Shown piece by piece: positions 26,921 through 41,611 of a stretch of DNA of 64,000 bases (within the stretch, counting starts at the first letter, position 1; the number at the start of each line of letters is the position of its first letter). The stretch spans positions 10,106,001 to 10,170,000 of the forward strand of contig OZ024754.1 in the NCBI GenBank assembly GCA_964016885.1, in the 5' to 3' direction. Under the pieces are notes generated by a model that saw only the letters and a program-made list of their open reading frames with translations, was not told the DNA's origin and ran no database searches. Position numbers and translations under genes: made by a program. The stretch comes from Eledone cirrhosa. Lineage: Eukaryota.

Positions 26921-27674
26921 GTTGGCACAGAAATATATTCAGTATGGATGGATGCTAAGAATATAAATATATATATATATATATATTTTAAGAAAAGCAA
27001 TTTGCATGTTCTGGAATACATAATAGGAAAAGAAAATGGAATATTTAAATAGAATTCTAAATAATTCCACCACTTTACGTACTTAAGAAACATGTCAAAT
27101 TTTTATTAAAATAAATATCAAATTTGTTTGTACCACTTTGTAATTTCATTCAAATTGTTTTAAAAATAATCTTCAACACTACTTCCTTGCATCTTGTTTC
27201 AGGGGTTATTATTATTATTATTTAAAAAAAGCAAAAAAACCCTCTTTTCAAGACCACTCAACCTCCTATAGCCTAAAAATACTCTCCCACCGCTTTCACA
27301 CTCACATACCCGATTCTTCCTTCTTTCACCTAACCATTCTAGCATGGAAAGACAGATACAACCGACAATGTACAGAGAGAGTCATAAGTAACCAGGCAGT
27401 TCAGCATTTATATTCCAAATGATAATATTTACTAGAATTCTGGTCATAAAATAACTTTGATAGGTTTTGGCCAGTATTGGCCCAGGCATGTCTAACTTAA
27501 TAGTACCACTTGTCATATATTACGAAATTATAAATGCATAAAAACAAAAGTAGTTAAAAATAAATATAATTAAAGTAAGTGTTCGAAAAGCTGGCCTGGT
27601 TCCTCACACATTGTGACCCTTGCTATGAAACTGCATCACTTATCCCGTACTGTCAGACAACTAACTCTCTTTAG

Positions 27675-28119
27675 ACCCTTAGCATTTAAACCAGCCATAT
27701 CTGGCCAGAATTCTCTCACCTCTTTCTATTCAAATTGGCTGTAACTAGCTGCTCATACTGACATTAAGGTACTGTTCTCAGAATAAATAACATCAAAATC
27801 TCATAGATTTGATATTTTGTGAGATAATTATGTGAAATAAAGCCTTTACCACAAAAATACAATAGTAAATATATATAGAGTAATGTAATTGTTAACCCTT
27901 TAACATTTAAACCAGCCACATTTGGCCAGAATTCTCTCAGTTCTTTCAGTTCAAACCAGCCATAACTGGCCACTCATATTGATGTTAAGGTATTGTTCTC
28001 AAAATAAATAACATCAAAATCTCATAGATTCAATACTATGTGAGATATTATGCACGGTAAAGCCTTTATCACGGAAATACAATAGTATATACAGAGTAAT
28101 GTAAATGTTAAAGGATTAA
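27675..28119. mobile_element. Two tandem piggyBac-type MITE copies
   Basis: MITE internal blocks occur twice, junction TTAACCCTTTA near 27892. Confidence 0.8.
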
Positions 28120-28874
28120 CACACATAAATTCAAGCCATTTCATTTCAATAGGATGATATTCTATTTTTAAGTACCACCCACCCAACCCCACTCACCCAC
28201 CTTACTCTAATTGACTAAGTCTACCAAAGTAAAAAAAAAAAAAAAAATAGATGGTACTCACAGTTTTAAAAAATGCCTCAAAAATTTATGACTCCAAAAT
28301 TTACACAAAATTACCTAAATTTGTAGACACAAGAGACCCATACTGACAAAAAAAAAAAAAAAAAAAAAATTAGAAGAAAATACCCCACCGCCTCAGTTCC
28401 CCAGCAGAATCCCTTGCAGTGAAATGAGATACAACACACAATATGTGGATACTTAAGAAACAATCTTCGACCTACCAACCTAACCCTTCTTCTATTTTCA
28501 TTTCTTCGCTAATGACTACTGGTGGCTGTGGAATTATAACCTCCTTGCATGATATGTGCCAGTTTAAAGTGGCAAACAAAAATACTCAATTGCTTTTCAC
28601 CTTTTCCACCTGTCACATTAAACTCACTCAGTAAACAGGTAAGGCAAGATAGATGGAGCAAGAGAGAGGGGAGGGAGAGAAAGAGAGAGAGAGATGGGGA
28701 AAGAGAAAAGGGAGAGCGAAAAAGAGAAAGAGCGAGAGCGAAAGAGAGAGAGGGAGTGAGAGTGGGGAAAGAAAGAGAGGGGATAAGGGAAAAGAAAGAG
28801 AGCATGAGAGAAAGAGGGAGTGAGAGTGGGGAAAGAAAAAAGAGAGAGGGGGTAAAGAAAGAGAAAGAGAGCAT

Positions 28875-28907
<33 letters not shown>

Positions 28908-29092
28908 CGAGAGAGAGCGAGAGAGAGAGAAAAGTAGAGAATTAGCTTGAAGATTGAAGACAATTTAATCACACCAAAGAGAACAGTCAGAGATTTTTCT
29001 AATTTTCTTTTAAATCAACGAACCAGTAAAACTGAAGTGGAAGAGAGAGGGGTAGGTAGGGAGGAAGCAGAGTGTGTGTGTGTGATGTGTGA

Positions 29093-29133
<41 letters not shown>

Positions 29134-30609
29134 GTGTGTATGCGCGTGCGTGTGTGAAAAAAAGCTAACAAAGCAAGCAAATGATCTCCATTGACTCCAC
29201 TAAGCTACAATAAGAGGCAAGGTTCTTGTGGCATCAATCAATAAAATCTGGTCAGCTCCAAATGGGATTTGTTATGGTAAAAATAATGACACTTCATCAT
29301 GTATTTATTCTTAGTAGGATGAAAAGACAGAAAAAAAAAACTATTTCAATTTTGCAGACACATGCAAGAATGTTTGCTAATTGTCTACCAAGTTAATTGG
29401 TTAATTCTCTACTATTCTTTTTCTACAAAAGATCTGTTGATATAGAGAGAGAGAGAATGACAAGAGTTAAAACTCGACAATTTAAACAATACAAACACTC
29501 ACCACGTTAACTATAAACTCCAGCTTAAGAGAATTCATCAAACAGATTTAATCTTTTACAGATTATGTCAATGATTAGTGATCTTTAATTGAGAACTGAA
29601 GTATCAAAAACGAAAAAATCCCATTAAAATAATCAAACAGTTGGCATGCAATAGTAAAAATATACTAAAAGCTAAAGAGAGTAGAGAGAGAGAAGAATAC
29701 AGAAGAAAAGAGAGAGGAGTTAACACAAAATTGGATGTATTTCCCTTATTTAAGCACGTTTAAGGAAAACCATAGCAGTATATAGTTTGATCACTGCTAT
29801 AAAGTGATTTCACACCAAACAAACATCACAAGGTAGCTAAATATAATTTGCTATGCAGCCAAAAGCAACTAACAAGGTAAGTACAATATTTAGCACTTTT
29901 TCATTCTTCTCTGCAATGCTGAACACACAGCAATTGGTTCCATTTCAACAACACACATAATGTAGTAAAAGTAACAAAAAAAAAAAAAAAAAATTACTCA
30001 ATTTACTTAGCAATTTAGAGTTCAAGGAACAAAATATAAACGGTTCAAAAATCTCTAAAACTATCAGTCTTTTATCTTTAATCAAATCATGAAGAGCAAA
30101 GTTAAGGAAAAGTACAAAATTATATTAGATTAAGTGATCTTCAACTGTTATGTATTATATGTTGTACAAATATAATAATGATACTAGTTTGAAATTTGTA
30201 GCACAGTTGAGAAATGTGAGGAGAGGATATATATCTGAATTTTAAGTAGGTCTGCATAAATAATTTGATGAAAAATATATTGTAAAACTTATGACAGTAG
30301 TTGCTTTTAAAAGATGCTCATAAAAAGCAATTTCTGTGATGGTGGAAGCAATCTGTGTTTGGATTTAATTCAATATTTTCAGTGAAGATGAAAGGAAGAA
30401 GACGAGACAAGTGAACAGCAATAAGTTGTAATAATATTGGATACATATCAACAATATATATTTACATTAATGTTATATTTATTGCTTTGTGAAATGCCTA
30501 ATACAATGTGTGGCTGGTAGACTGAATTATAAGACAAAATACTGTTGAAAAATTTAAGTCTTAGTCAGTAAGAAAATAAACAATTCCATCAGTCACACTG
30601 AGGAAGTCA

Positions 30610-30935
30610 ATTTGGTAGAGTTGTTAGAACTTGGACAGAATGCTTCAAGGTATTCATATTAGCTCTCTGCCCTCTGATTTCAACTCCTGCCAAGGTCAAC
30701 TTTTTCCTATCATTTTTTTCGAGGTCAATAAAAAAAATAGGTACCAGTCTAATACTGAGGATGATTTTTTCCTCTATATCTCTTTCCCACTTCCATTCTC
30801 TCACTCTTTATCCTTTGCTAGAAGAAATCTGCTGTATTCAGACCCAGAGAGGAGATGGGTCCCACCAGGTTTTAAAATGCCCAAGGAATACTGTATGTCA
30901 CTACAACACCCCCTACGACTCACTCAGGAGTAATG
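30610..30935 (+). mobile_element. Old Nin-like SINE subfamily with long 3' tail
   Basis: Colinear with 34760-35056 (GTACCAGTCT, CAGACC, CACCAGGTT blocks). Confidence 0.65.
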
Positions 30936-32397
30936 GAACTATGATAACGTCTGTCACACTGCTTTCTAATTCTTACAATTTAATGTTTGCTGATGCAATT
31001 TTTCAGGTTAACACAGGAAGTATGGATGGAACATTTGGTGCTCTAAACATACCAAACAAATACAGTTCCCCATATACAGACACAAATATCTCAACAAGGA
31101 CTCAAACCTATACATACTAAACAGACACAGTTTAAATAAAATAAGAGTTGGTGGCTGTAATGGTATTTCAGTAAGTTAACACAAACATATATAAATATAT
31201 ATATTATAAAACTTAGTATTTCAACTTCTGCAATTCAGCCATATTTGATGAGTAAATGAATCTTTATATTGGTGATGATGATGGTAAAGAGGCATGTTCC
31301 ACAGAATTGATATATTAACTAACTAGAGAAAGACACATTTCTTATCTGTTTAAGAAGGAATCGGGAAGGAAGAGAGACCTTAATAACACAGCACTGGCAC
31401 CACCTTATTATGTAAGCTCTATCTGAGATTTCTACCTAACTTCTTCACTAACCAGATCATTATCAGCCTCAAGCAGATTGTCAGTCAATGAGAGAAGGAA
31501 CATCACCTTCACATTTCTGTATTAAGTACAGCATTTACTGCTGATGTAACCACCACCACCATCACCATCACCATTACCACGGTTATTGTTGTTGTTGTTG
31601 TTGGGCTCGTTTGCATTGATTTACTTTTATTTGATTTGCTATTTTGAATTTAGAGGCAACAAAAGTGAAAAAAATAATAAAAAGGACAAAAGCTCAAGAG
31701 AGAAAAAGGGACAGGTGGAAGGGAGAGGAGAGAGAAAAGGGGACAGGTGGAAGGGAGAGGAGAGAGGAAAGAGGGAGAATAACAGAAAGAAAAATCTTGG
31801 TAAAGGAGAAACGAGAGAGAGAGAGAGTGTAAATGTATGTAAGAGAGGGATAAAGTAGAGATAGTAAAAAAGGAAAAAGACCTTGTGTGTGGACCCTTGC
31901 AAGTGTGTGAAAAAGAAGGAACTAAGAAGATAGAAAAGAAGAGGTAGACATTTCAAGAGAGAATGTGCAGAATATAGGAAGAAGAAGAAGAAAAACCAAG
32001 GTGTCAATGAAGAGATTGAGTGAAAGCATGGTGAAGGTCTTTGTCACTATTAAGTTATCATTCACTACAGTGGAATGAAGGGAATTAAACTGAATCAGTT
32101 TGGTGCTGTATTTAACTCTGGTATAAACCGAAAATGACAGGAACAGTTTAAAAAAAATAGTGAAGAAAAAATAACATTTCCCTTATTTTTTTTTTAATTA
32201 AAAACTAACTAAATCACACACACACATATACACATATAAACACACACACACACACGATTTTATACATGTTAAAGTGTTTTCCTTCTTCTAAGGTCTAAAC
32301 ATCAGACAAGCTAGATCTGGTCTGTGAAAAGTTAAATCCTGCTCCAAAAGCTTGAGACAAAGTGAGAATCAGTTATTTAACTGTTTCTTTCTTTTCC

Positions 32398-32430
<33 letters not shown>

Positions 32431-34496
32431 AAAATACTCTATTATTTTTATGTAATTTTATCCTAGAAATATATTAAAGAATTTAATATTTAGTGAAACA
32501 TAAAAAAAGAACGTAATATTGGAAAGGACTATAAATGCTATGAGAGGAAAAGGAGGGAAAGAGTAACCAAATCAGAGAGGTGTTTCGGCTGCACCCTGCA
32601 GACAAAATGGCAAAGGCATTTTCGCGGACAATGGCCAGCAACACCCACTGCAACCGCCACCCCACTCCAGACAGGTTGTGATCATTCTGATTTTAGTCAG
32701 AATTATAATGGAAGAAGTGTCGCTGTCATAGATAAAAGAACACGAAGCAATACCAATATAAATAAATAAAATAAAACAGAAATTAAAAGTAGCATCACAT
32801 ATGTAGTTTGATGAGAATTGACTCCCGTATTACTACACCGGACACTAAACACTCCATTACTGAAGAAAACTGGACTACTTTCACAGAAAGACTAATCAAT
32901 TGATTAACATTTACATATATCTATAGTTGCTCATCAATACAGGGTCTAAATATTGATTATTTACCATTGGCTGTGTGTTCAATAAACTTAATGGAAGGAT
33001 ATAAAAATTTATCAGTTCAACTCCTCATGAATAACTAACTATATATATGAGGAAAAAGAAATTTGGGTTGGAACAAATTGGCACTGTTGTTTATTCAATA
33101 TCAGGAAGGTTCAATTAAGGTATGAATATATATATATTAGTAAAGGATAGCTTTCCTAATAAATACTGTATGCAAATATATTCTCTCAAACTATGTGATC
33201 ACACGAAACCTCAGTCTATGCTGTACATAGGTTATGGGACTTTCACTCACTGATCTAGCATCGCAGCCATTTGACGTGATTAGATTAGTCTATTAGTGAC
33301 AAGAATGATAAAAGTGAAAGTGGTAAATGTATTTATATAATAATTATCTAACTAATGTCAACACCTATATAGCTTCATTAACGAAAGTGACTTGGATTAA
33401 TCATATCAAAATTTGTGTTCTCTCAAAGGCCTTTCAGTAAGAATCAATGTCTCTCTCTCTGATCAAGAACAAAAATCAATAGGAATGTTGACCTTTTGGG
33501 TAAACTTTGTGATAATGTAGGTGAATTGAAACCCTTTGTAGTCATGCATTTAGCATCTGTAGTTATGTGTCCACATCATAAAATGAAACTAGCTGTAATG
33601 CCAGGAGACTTTCAAGTTGCTATTGTCTTCCATATCAGAATTATTAAGATACAGCCACACTGAACTTTAACTATGGATGATGTCTTCTCTCTTTCTCCTC
33701 CTACCCTTTCTCTCAAACTAACATTTATAATAACTAAGAAAAGATTTTACAAACAGCTTTTTTTTTTTTTTTGTATGTATGTATGTGTGTGTCTATGTGA
33801 GGAAAAATTCTACAATAGAATAACTGTACTGGTCTAGCAACTCAGTCTTCAACAAGCTAATGTATAATGGAAACCTGTTAGATTAGTTATTGACAAAGAA
33901 TGTACTGCATGTTGACAGAGGCAGTAAGTTCGGCTCCAACAAATATATATAAATCCAGGCATCGACACAGAAATCAATAGAGAATTCGCAGTCAGAGAAA
34001 ACTTAAATACTTCAGGTTATCCTATTGTAGAATGAAACTAGGATAACTATGCATTTACCAAACAGTAAATTATATCTGATAACTATTCAGAAAAGCAGGA
34101 AGAGTCTAGAATGAATGACATCTTGTATACGTAGCAATGGGATTTAGATGCTTTGTGTTACTATATAAACATGAATGAGAGCTTTGAGGATACAAAATGC
34201 AATATGAAATCTAGAATGCAAAGTTCAGTAATGAAAATAAAAAAAGAAGACTTTTGTGATTTTTCCTTCCAGTGTAGTCAACTGAAGGGAAGAAATATCT
34301 TCAGTACATAACTCCTCCATCTTTAGTACGTAACTCCTCCATATCTTCGCCCATGTTCTATCTAAAATAATCTCTACAACATCTATTCTAATTATAAATC
34401 CTGATATCAATGACTTCAAATAAACTGAGAGAGTATAAAATATAACAAAAACTGAATGGTTTTCGTAATAGACTTTTGTATACTACTAGTAAGTAA

Positions 34497-34745
34497 AGGT
34501 GCGAGGCTTAGTGGTTAGAGTTGGATTCACAATATTGAGATTGCGAGTTCGAGTCCCAGACCAGGCAATATGGTATGTCCTTGAGCAAGACACTTTATTT
34601 CATGTTGCTCTTTCTGCCAGGAGTTGCAACCGTTAGATAGTATCAGCAATGGAAAGACCAATGGCGACAATGTTTCCTTGGTCAGATTTAATGAGTTCCA
34701 CCCCAATCAGTAAGTGAATGAGGCCTGGGATCTTGTCAATCCTTT
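34497..34745 (+). mobile_element. tRNA/CORE SINE (unexpanded relative of the 61.2-62.4 kb copy)
   Basis: GGCTTAGTGGTTAGAG A-box, GAGTTCGAGTCC B-box, CCTTGAGCAAGACACTT core. Confidence 0.8.
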
Positions 34746-34759
34746 CCTGCCTGATAAAG

Positions 34760-35056
34760 TGGCAGAGACTTTAGAATGTTGGATAAAATGTTTTGTAGTT
34801 TTCATTCTAGTTCTCTGCACTCTGAGTTCAAATCCCAACAAAGTCAAATTTGCCTTTTATGATTTTGAGGTCAATAACTAAAGTACCAGTCTCATACTGG
34901 GGCTGAGTTTTTCCTCAATATCTCTTTCTCATTCTTCTCTCCTTCCCTCTGGCAGAAATTAGCTGTGATCAGACCTGGAGAAGGAATGAAATTCACCAGG
35001 TTGAAAGGGCAGAAGTATGTGTTACTTACTATGAAACCTCTACAACTCCATTAGGA
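34760..35056 (+). mobile_element. Old Nin-like SINE subfamily with long 3' tail
   Basis: Colinear with 30610-30935. Confidence 0.65.
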
Positions 35057-35795
35057 ATTTACAAATCAAAACAAATCCCAAAAAACATACTGCTAGTATA
35101 GATGATGTGTTTCCATAAAGAAAAGGTTAATGTAAATTGTGCAAAAAAATACAAGATACTTTTGAAAAGTTCCATTAAAATGTATTTTTAGCAAACTAAT
35201 AAAAAAAAAAAAAAATATTATTCTTTTGAATAAGATTGCAATGTAGTAGCTATTCATGAAAAGGTTTTAATTGGAACGTAAGTTTTTGGCCAGAAATTGT
35301 TCAAGAAGAAGTAACAGGTGAATAAAACTGCATCGAAATTTGTTCTATAACAAATCAGTAGGCAATAAAAAACAGCAAATTAAGATATTTCACATAAAAA
35401 CATCTGAGAATCCCCACTGACAGAAATGTTATAAGATAGCATAGAATTCTACAGATTACAATTTAACACATAATAATGTCACTGTGTATATATTGCATTG
35501 GATGGACGAAGAAAAGATATTAGCACTAGTTTTAATCATTTTTCTTTCAGTAATTTACTTTTTTGTCAAGAAATATTGAGTAGTTGACATAGACAGTGTT
35601 AGCAGTTCAAGTAAATTATGAAAGAAACAAAACAAAAACAAACAGAAAATACTACCACTACTACTACTACTACTGCTAATAATAATAATAATTGTTTCTA
35701 CTTTAGGCATAAATAATAATAATAATAATAATAATAATACAGTGTTAATAGCATAACGTGTGAATGTCTTACATTGAGAGAATATAAGAGAGACA

Positions 35796-35833
<38 letters not shown>

Positions 35834-36101
35834 TTGGGAGAGAGAGAGAGATTGGGAGAGGGAGAGAGAGAGAGAGATTGGGAGAGGGAGAGAGATTGGG
35901 AGAGAGAGAGAGAGATTGGGAGAGAGAGAGAGAGATTGGGAGAGAGAGAGAGATGCTCTTGGATAGATGCCAAAAGTGATGTATATCAATAATTTGTTTT
36001 CACAACTATTGGCATAATAACACAGAAACTGCAAAGAAGAACAGAAGAATAAACCGAGGAAAAAAAGACCAGAGAGAGAGAGACAGAGAGAGAGAGACAG
36101 A

Positions 36102-36189
<88 letters not shown>

Positions 36190-37275
36190 GTTTTCTTTCT
36201 GAACTGATATATAGCAGTTCATTTTACAATGGAGTCAAAGGTTCATGGTTTAGTGCAGAAATAATCAGGTTAGGAAGGCTAACAATCCTTATGAATCAAG
36301 TCAAGAAACAGCTAAAGATAAAATACAAACAAAGCTTTTATCTTAAAGGGACTGGAGAAATTATAATTCTTATCATTGTTATTAATGGTAATAAATATTT
36401 CATGTTTATATACATTAACATTGTCATTTACAACAGAAACAACACTACGCTTTTGCCTGGCTACAATACAATAAGTAGTTAAATTGTAAATACCATAAGA
36501 ATAATTCATTTCAATTTGTAAGAGTATATTACTTTCATGCCAGATTTATGATGCATTTAGACAAGACAATACACCTATGCTGACAATACCTTCTTGTCAT
36601 CTTTGTTACATTACAATAAAGATGTTAAAACAGCAACTGAATTACCACAGGAATTGTTCAAGATTCTTCCAAAGAAATTATACAAGCAACAACCAGAGCG
36701 ATAACATCAATATATCATAAACCTATACCAGTTGGCAGTGGATGCTTGGGTTCTCAAGCATGAACAATTCTAAGTAGAGAAGAAAGAGGTTTAGTTTAAG
36801 CTTATCATAGTTATAAGTTAGAGAGCAGCACTAACATATCACATAGTATGAAACAACAAAAACCACAGAGGTTTTGCATCATTGGTCAGATTGTTCAATG
36901 CCATTGGATGACACTTCAAAACATGAAAATCCTATTTACAATTTCTACTAGAACACTATGAAATAATTCAATGGCGAACATTTTACATAATGGTATCACT
37001 CATTTCCTGGTCTTTTTCTCAATGATTTTATAAATATACTTAACATGTGGGAAATGATGTGGGGTTTATTTGAAATACATAGCATTATTCAATAATAATA
37101 ATAAATATTTCTACCCTCCTTTTCACCATTACAGTAACATATTTTTTTTTTATTTTGGATCATTCTTGAATAATTACTGCCACCAACGCCACTACTACCA
37201 ACTGCTATATGAACAAACCACACCACCACCACCACCACCACCACCACTACCACCACCACAACCAGCACCACAAAC

Positions 37276-37842
37276 AGCACCCAGCCCTCACTGTAAAGTG
37301 GTCATGTAGGTGTCACGACAGAAAGCACCCAGTCCACACTGTAAAGTGGTCATGTAGGTGTCATGACAGAAAGCACCCAGTCCACACTGTAAAGTGGTCA
37401 TGTAGGTGTCATGACAGAAAGCACCCAGTCCACACTGTAAAGTGGTCATGTAGATGTCATGACAGAAAGCACCCAGTCCACACTGTAAAGTGGTCATGTA
37501 GGTGTCATGACAGAAAGCACCCAGTCCACACTGTAAAGTGGTCATGTAGATGTCATGACAGAAAGCACCCAGTCCACACTGTAAAGTGGTCATGTAGACG
37601 TCACGACAGAAAGCACCCAGTCCACACTGTTAAGTCGTCGTGTAGGAGTCACGACAGAAAGAACCCAGTGTCTGCTTAAATAGGTTGGTGTTAGGAAGGG
37701 CATCCAGCTAGAAACAGTTCTGTATGATGACGGTGACACAAGACACGGTCACCTAACCCAACTGCTTCAAATGGGACAACCCGTCTAACCCATGCTAGCG
37801 TGGAAGATAGATATTAACCGACAATGATGATAATTATGATGA
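37276..37842 (+). mobile_element. (GAT)n-tailed SINE with internal 48-bp array (8 copies, 37276-37670)
   Basis: Unit AGCACCCAGTCCACACTGTAAAGTGGTCATGTAGGTGTCATGACAGAA, then GGTTGGTGTTAGGAAGGGCATCCAGC. Confidence 0.88.
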
Positions 37843-39299
37843 ATGCAAAAATTAACACATGATCCAAGAAGCAGGGAATTAAAATACCAAAAGTAACAAT
37901 GGCATTTAAAGAGTTTAACTATCATACAGTTATTCAAGTGGTTAGATCTTAGTGCCAACATGCCAGTCCCATGAACAGTAAGTGTAGTGGAAGTTTAATA
38001 ATCTGAAATCTAAAGTCTCAAAGCAGGAGATTTATGCTTCCTTTGTGAGAGGAAATTTAATAAAAACAAAACTATCTTATTAAAATACTGTCACTAATAC
38101 AGTTAAAAATCAATAAAAGTTTCTTCTAAAAAATATATAATAAAAAAAAAAGGAAAGAAACTGTTTTGTTTGTTTGTTTGTTGTTATTGTTAAGTTTTTC
38201 CTCAACTGAAAAATAAAATAAAAATGCTGAGAAAAAAATATTTATGAATGGAAAAAAAAAAAGGAAAGAAAGTTTGCGAAAAGTAAGAAAATATTGCAAT
38301 GTAAAGCTGACAACATTATAAAATAGCATATAAGTGGCTATCTTAATATATATTATAACATGTTTCAAAGTAGAAAATATGTTCTGTTAATATTTAAGAG
38401 AAGTATTTATTTCCTGTTGCCATCTCTAGCTGTTGAAATATTAACAGCAATAACATCAACAAGAACAAGATAAGAGATGAAGATAAATTGATAGTGCAAC
38501 ATCAAAGATTTTAATCTATACTACATCTAAAGAAAAAAAAAAAATCCATTGATTTTTTGGGGGAGGAGGGAGGGGGGTTCTTTTTGTTTTGTTTTGTTTT
38601 GTTTCTTAGATACTGTAAAAAAGTTATTAGATTTTTAACAATGGCACTGCCGTAGCAGTTCACAGTAGAAATATATAGTACATACCAAAACTACTCAGAT
38701 TCAATGAAGACACACAAACATGCACACACACGCACACACAATCTCTTTCTCTCACACAGACACACACACACACAACCTCTTTTGCTATCTCAAACACACA
38801 CAGAAATACATACAATATATCTTTCTCTGTCCTTATCTATAACTCTTAATCACAAACAGTATAGTAAAATATATAATACAGAATTCTTCAATGCACCACA
38901 CATACTCGCATGTCACCATGCATCAAAAGTGCACGTTAACCGAAAGTGAAAGTAGACTTTTAAAAGTCATTGCAATTTCTATTTCCGCAACTAAAAGAGA
39001 TTTTAGTTTTCGATAGAAAGCTATCACATTTGTAATACATTTGATGAAATGGGAAAACTCAGAGATTGGGGCAAAGTAATATATAAACAGCACTGTCAAA
39101 GCAGCCACAAAGTCAGAAATTGAATAGCATTTTCAATCATCATCATCATCATCATCATCTTTTAATGTCAATTTTTCCACGCTAGCATGGGTTAGATGAG
39201 TTATCCTGTTGTGAGCAATGCGAGGTCAGGTGACCATGTCATGCTCATACAGACAGTTTTTTTTTTTTATGTGGTGTACATTATATATGTTATACATAA

Positions 39300-39440
39300 A
39301 CTTCATCTTCGGCCTGTACCTGTAGGAAGTCAGGTTTTCTGTATGACTGCGTAATGCCAGAGATCCCGATTCTGTGTCATCGATTTTGAGAGGTACAAAG
39401 CATTTATCGCCTCATCCCAAGTCTTCCTGGGTCTCCCCAC
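39300..39440 (-). mobile_element. RTE-clade LINE 3' fragment
   Basis: Minus strand GRPRKTWDEAI...MTQNRDLWHYAV. Confidence 0.75.
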
Positions 39441-39444
39441 TTCT

Positions 39445-39845
39445 TCATCACCACCATCACCAACATCATTCTCACCATCACCAACATCATACTCACCACC
39501 ACCATCACCCTCACTATCATCAACACCACATCCTCACCATCACCATCACCACCAACACCATCACCACCATTACCATAATCAACATCACCATCACCATCCT
39601 CACCATCATCAACACCACCACCATTACCATAATCAACATCACCATAATCAACATCACCATCACCATCCTCACCATCACCACCATTACCATAATCAACATC
39701 AGCATCACCACCCTCACCACCACCACCACCCTCACCACCCTCACCATCATCACCACCATTACCATAATCAACATCATCATCCTCACCAACACCATCACCA
39801 CCACCCTCACCACCCTCACCATCACCACCATCACCGCCACCAACA
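39445..39845. repeat. (CAC/CAT)n degenerate triplet repeat
   Basis: Direct inspection. Confidence 0.9.
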
Positions 39846-40111
39846 CTTACTTTCTCTGAGTTGCTCAGTTATCATATTGACCATCATGCAATTTACTTTC
39901 TCCAATCAACTCATTTCACTGAAAACATCTGATTTATTCTTAAAAAATCACGATGACAGCATAATCAATAATATTAAATCAGAAAAGAAATATGTAGAAA
40001 GACTTTAAATATGTTAGAGAGATGGAAGTACAAGGGGGGGGGGGATACAGAAGTGGTGGGTGGAGGAGAGTGACAGACAATGAGGGAGGAACAGTTTATA
40101 TATATATATAT

Positions 40112-40299
40112 ATAGGAGAAAGTATGACCCCGACGGCAGAGCTCAAGCTGTTTTGACGGCTATTTCTGGAATAAAGTCGAAACGGCTTGAGCTCTGCCGT
40201 CGGGGTCATACTTTCTCCTATTACCCACTCTACTACCCTAAGTATTGAGTACTCTGGTGCGTTATGGTCCATCTGGTTCCTTACCACACCTCCTTCGTT
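40112..40299 (+). mobile_element. Fold-back element, same family as 21.2 and 51.0 kb
   Basis: Inverted arms about 40112-40157 and 40176-40221, tail, (TA)n on both sides. Confidence 0.8.
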
Positions 40300-40306
40300 A
40301 TATATA

Positions 40307-40348
<42 letters not shown>

Positions 40349-40696
40349 AATAATAATAAATGTGAAGACTAAAATCCAAAGAGGGCTCGATAAGCATAAT
40401 ATATATATATAAGGGTGAAAGCAGCAATTCTTTGCTTAAACTTAATCTGTTATTTTAATATATATATATATATAATATTAATAAATGGAAAATATGTTTA
40501 TAAAACCATATTTATAAAACCATAAAATAAATATGGTTTTATACAGATATTTTCCATTTATTAATATTATTTTTCCTTCATTCTTCTACACATCTTATAC
40601 ACACCACGCATCTCAACGTACACCCACTTACATCTCTCTCTCCACCACCGGATCTTGTTACCTGGAGATTTACCCATTTGCATTGTCGAGGCTTCC

Positions 40697-40879
40697 GGAT
40701 TGGCAGTATCGGTAGAGGGTCGGACGCCATGCTTTGACGCATAGAGTTACGGCCCTTGCCATACTGAGTTCAAATCCCGCCGAGGTCAACTTTGCCTTTC
40801 ATCCTTAAGGGGTCGATAAAATAAAGTACCAGTAATGTACTGGGTAATTGCTGGCCTTGTGCCAAAAGTAGAAACAATT
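40697..40879 (+). mobile_element. Nin-like SINE
   Basis: Near-consensus copy. Confidence 0.85.
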
Positions 40880-40977
40880 ATTGATATTAATAATACTCCG
40901 GAAAAATACCGTTGAGTGCTTCTAATCTGTTGTAAATTAACTTAGTTGAATAATCAACAAACCAAATAACTCATTGT

Positions 40978-41191
40978 TTAACCCTTTAGCATTCCCATTA
41001 CTCTATACATACTATTGTATTTTTGCGGTAAAGGCTTTATTTTACATAATATCTCACATAATATCGAATCTATGAGATTTTGATATCCTTTATTTTAAGA
41101 ACAATACCTTAATATAAGTATGAGTGGTTGGTTATGGCTGGTTTGAACAGAAAGAGGTGAGAGAATTCTGGTCGGATATGGCCGGTTTAAA

Positions 41192-41192
<1 letters not shown>
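40978..41192. mobile_element. piggyBac-type MITE, reverse orientation
   Basis: TTAACCCTTTAGCATT start; reverse-complement internal block. Confidence 0.8.
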
Positions 41193-41256
<64 letters not shown>

Positions 41257-41258
<2 letters not shown>

Positions 41259-41558
41259 GGGCTTGCAATCAAAAGGTTGTGAGTTCAATTCTCGGACCGG
41301 GTGAAATGTTGCTTCCTTTATTTCACATTGCTCCAGTTTATTCAGCTGTATAAATGAGATGATAGGGACTGGGGTCCCTATCATTCCACTGCAGAGTGGT
41401 GGTGAAGGTGCCACAGCAAAAAAGCACCCAGCACTCACTGTAAATGAGGTTGGTGTTAGGAAGGGCATCCAGCTGTAGAAATCAAGCCAGAATCAGTTCC
41501 CGCCCCACCCTTGCAAGCAGGGAAAAGCAGACGTAAAATGATGATGGTGATGATGATG
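41257..41558 (+). mobile_element. Young tRNA/CORE SINE with (GAT)n tail
   Basis: Reverse complement of the 11.7 and 51.7 kb copies with small deletions. Confidence 0.85.
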
Positions 41559-41611
41559 AACTGTTAAGGTATCTTTTCTTGGTTATGTCAAAATTTATAA
41601 AACAAACTTTG

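Noticed and set aside
29503-29523. 21-nt minus-strand microexon (AG|LEFIVNV|GTGAGT)
   Set aside because: Weak polypyrimidine tract; such motifs arise by chance in 64 kb and need RNA-seq support
37209-37679. His/Cys-rich metal-binding repeat protein
   Set aside because: Translation of (CAC)n plus a 48-bp SINE-internal array
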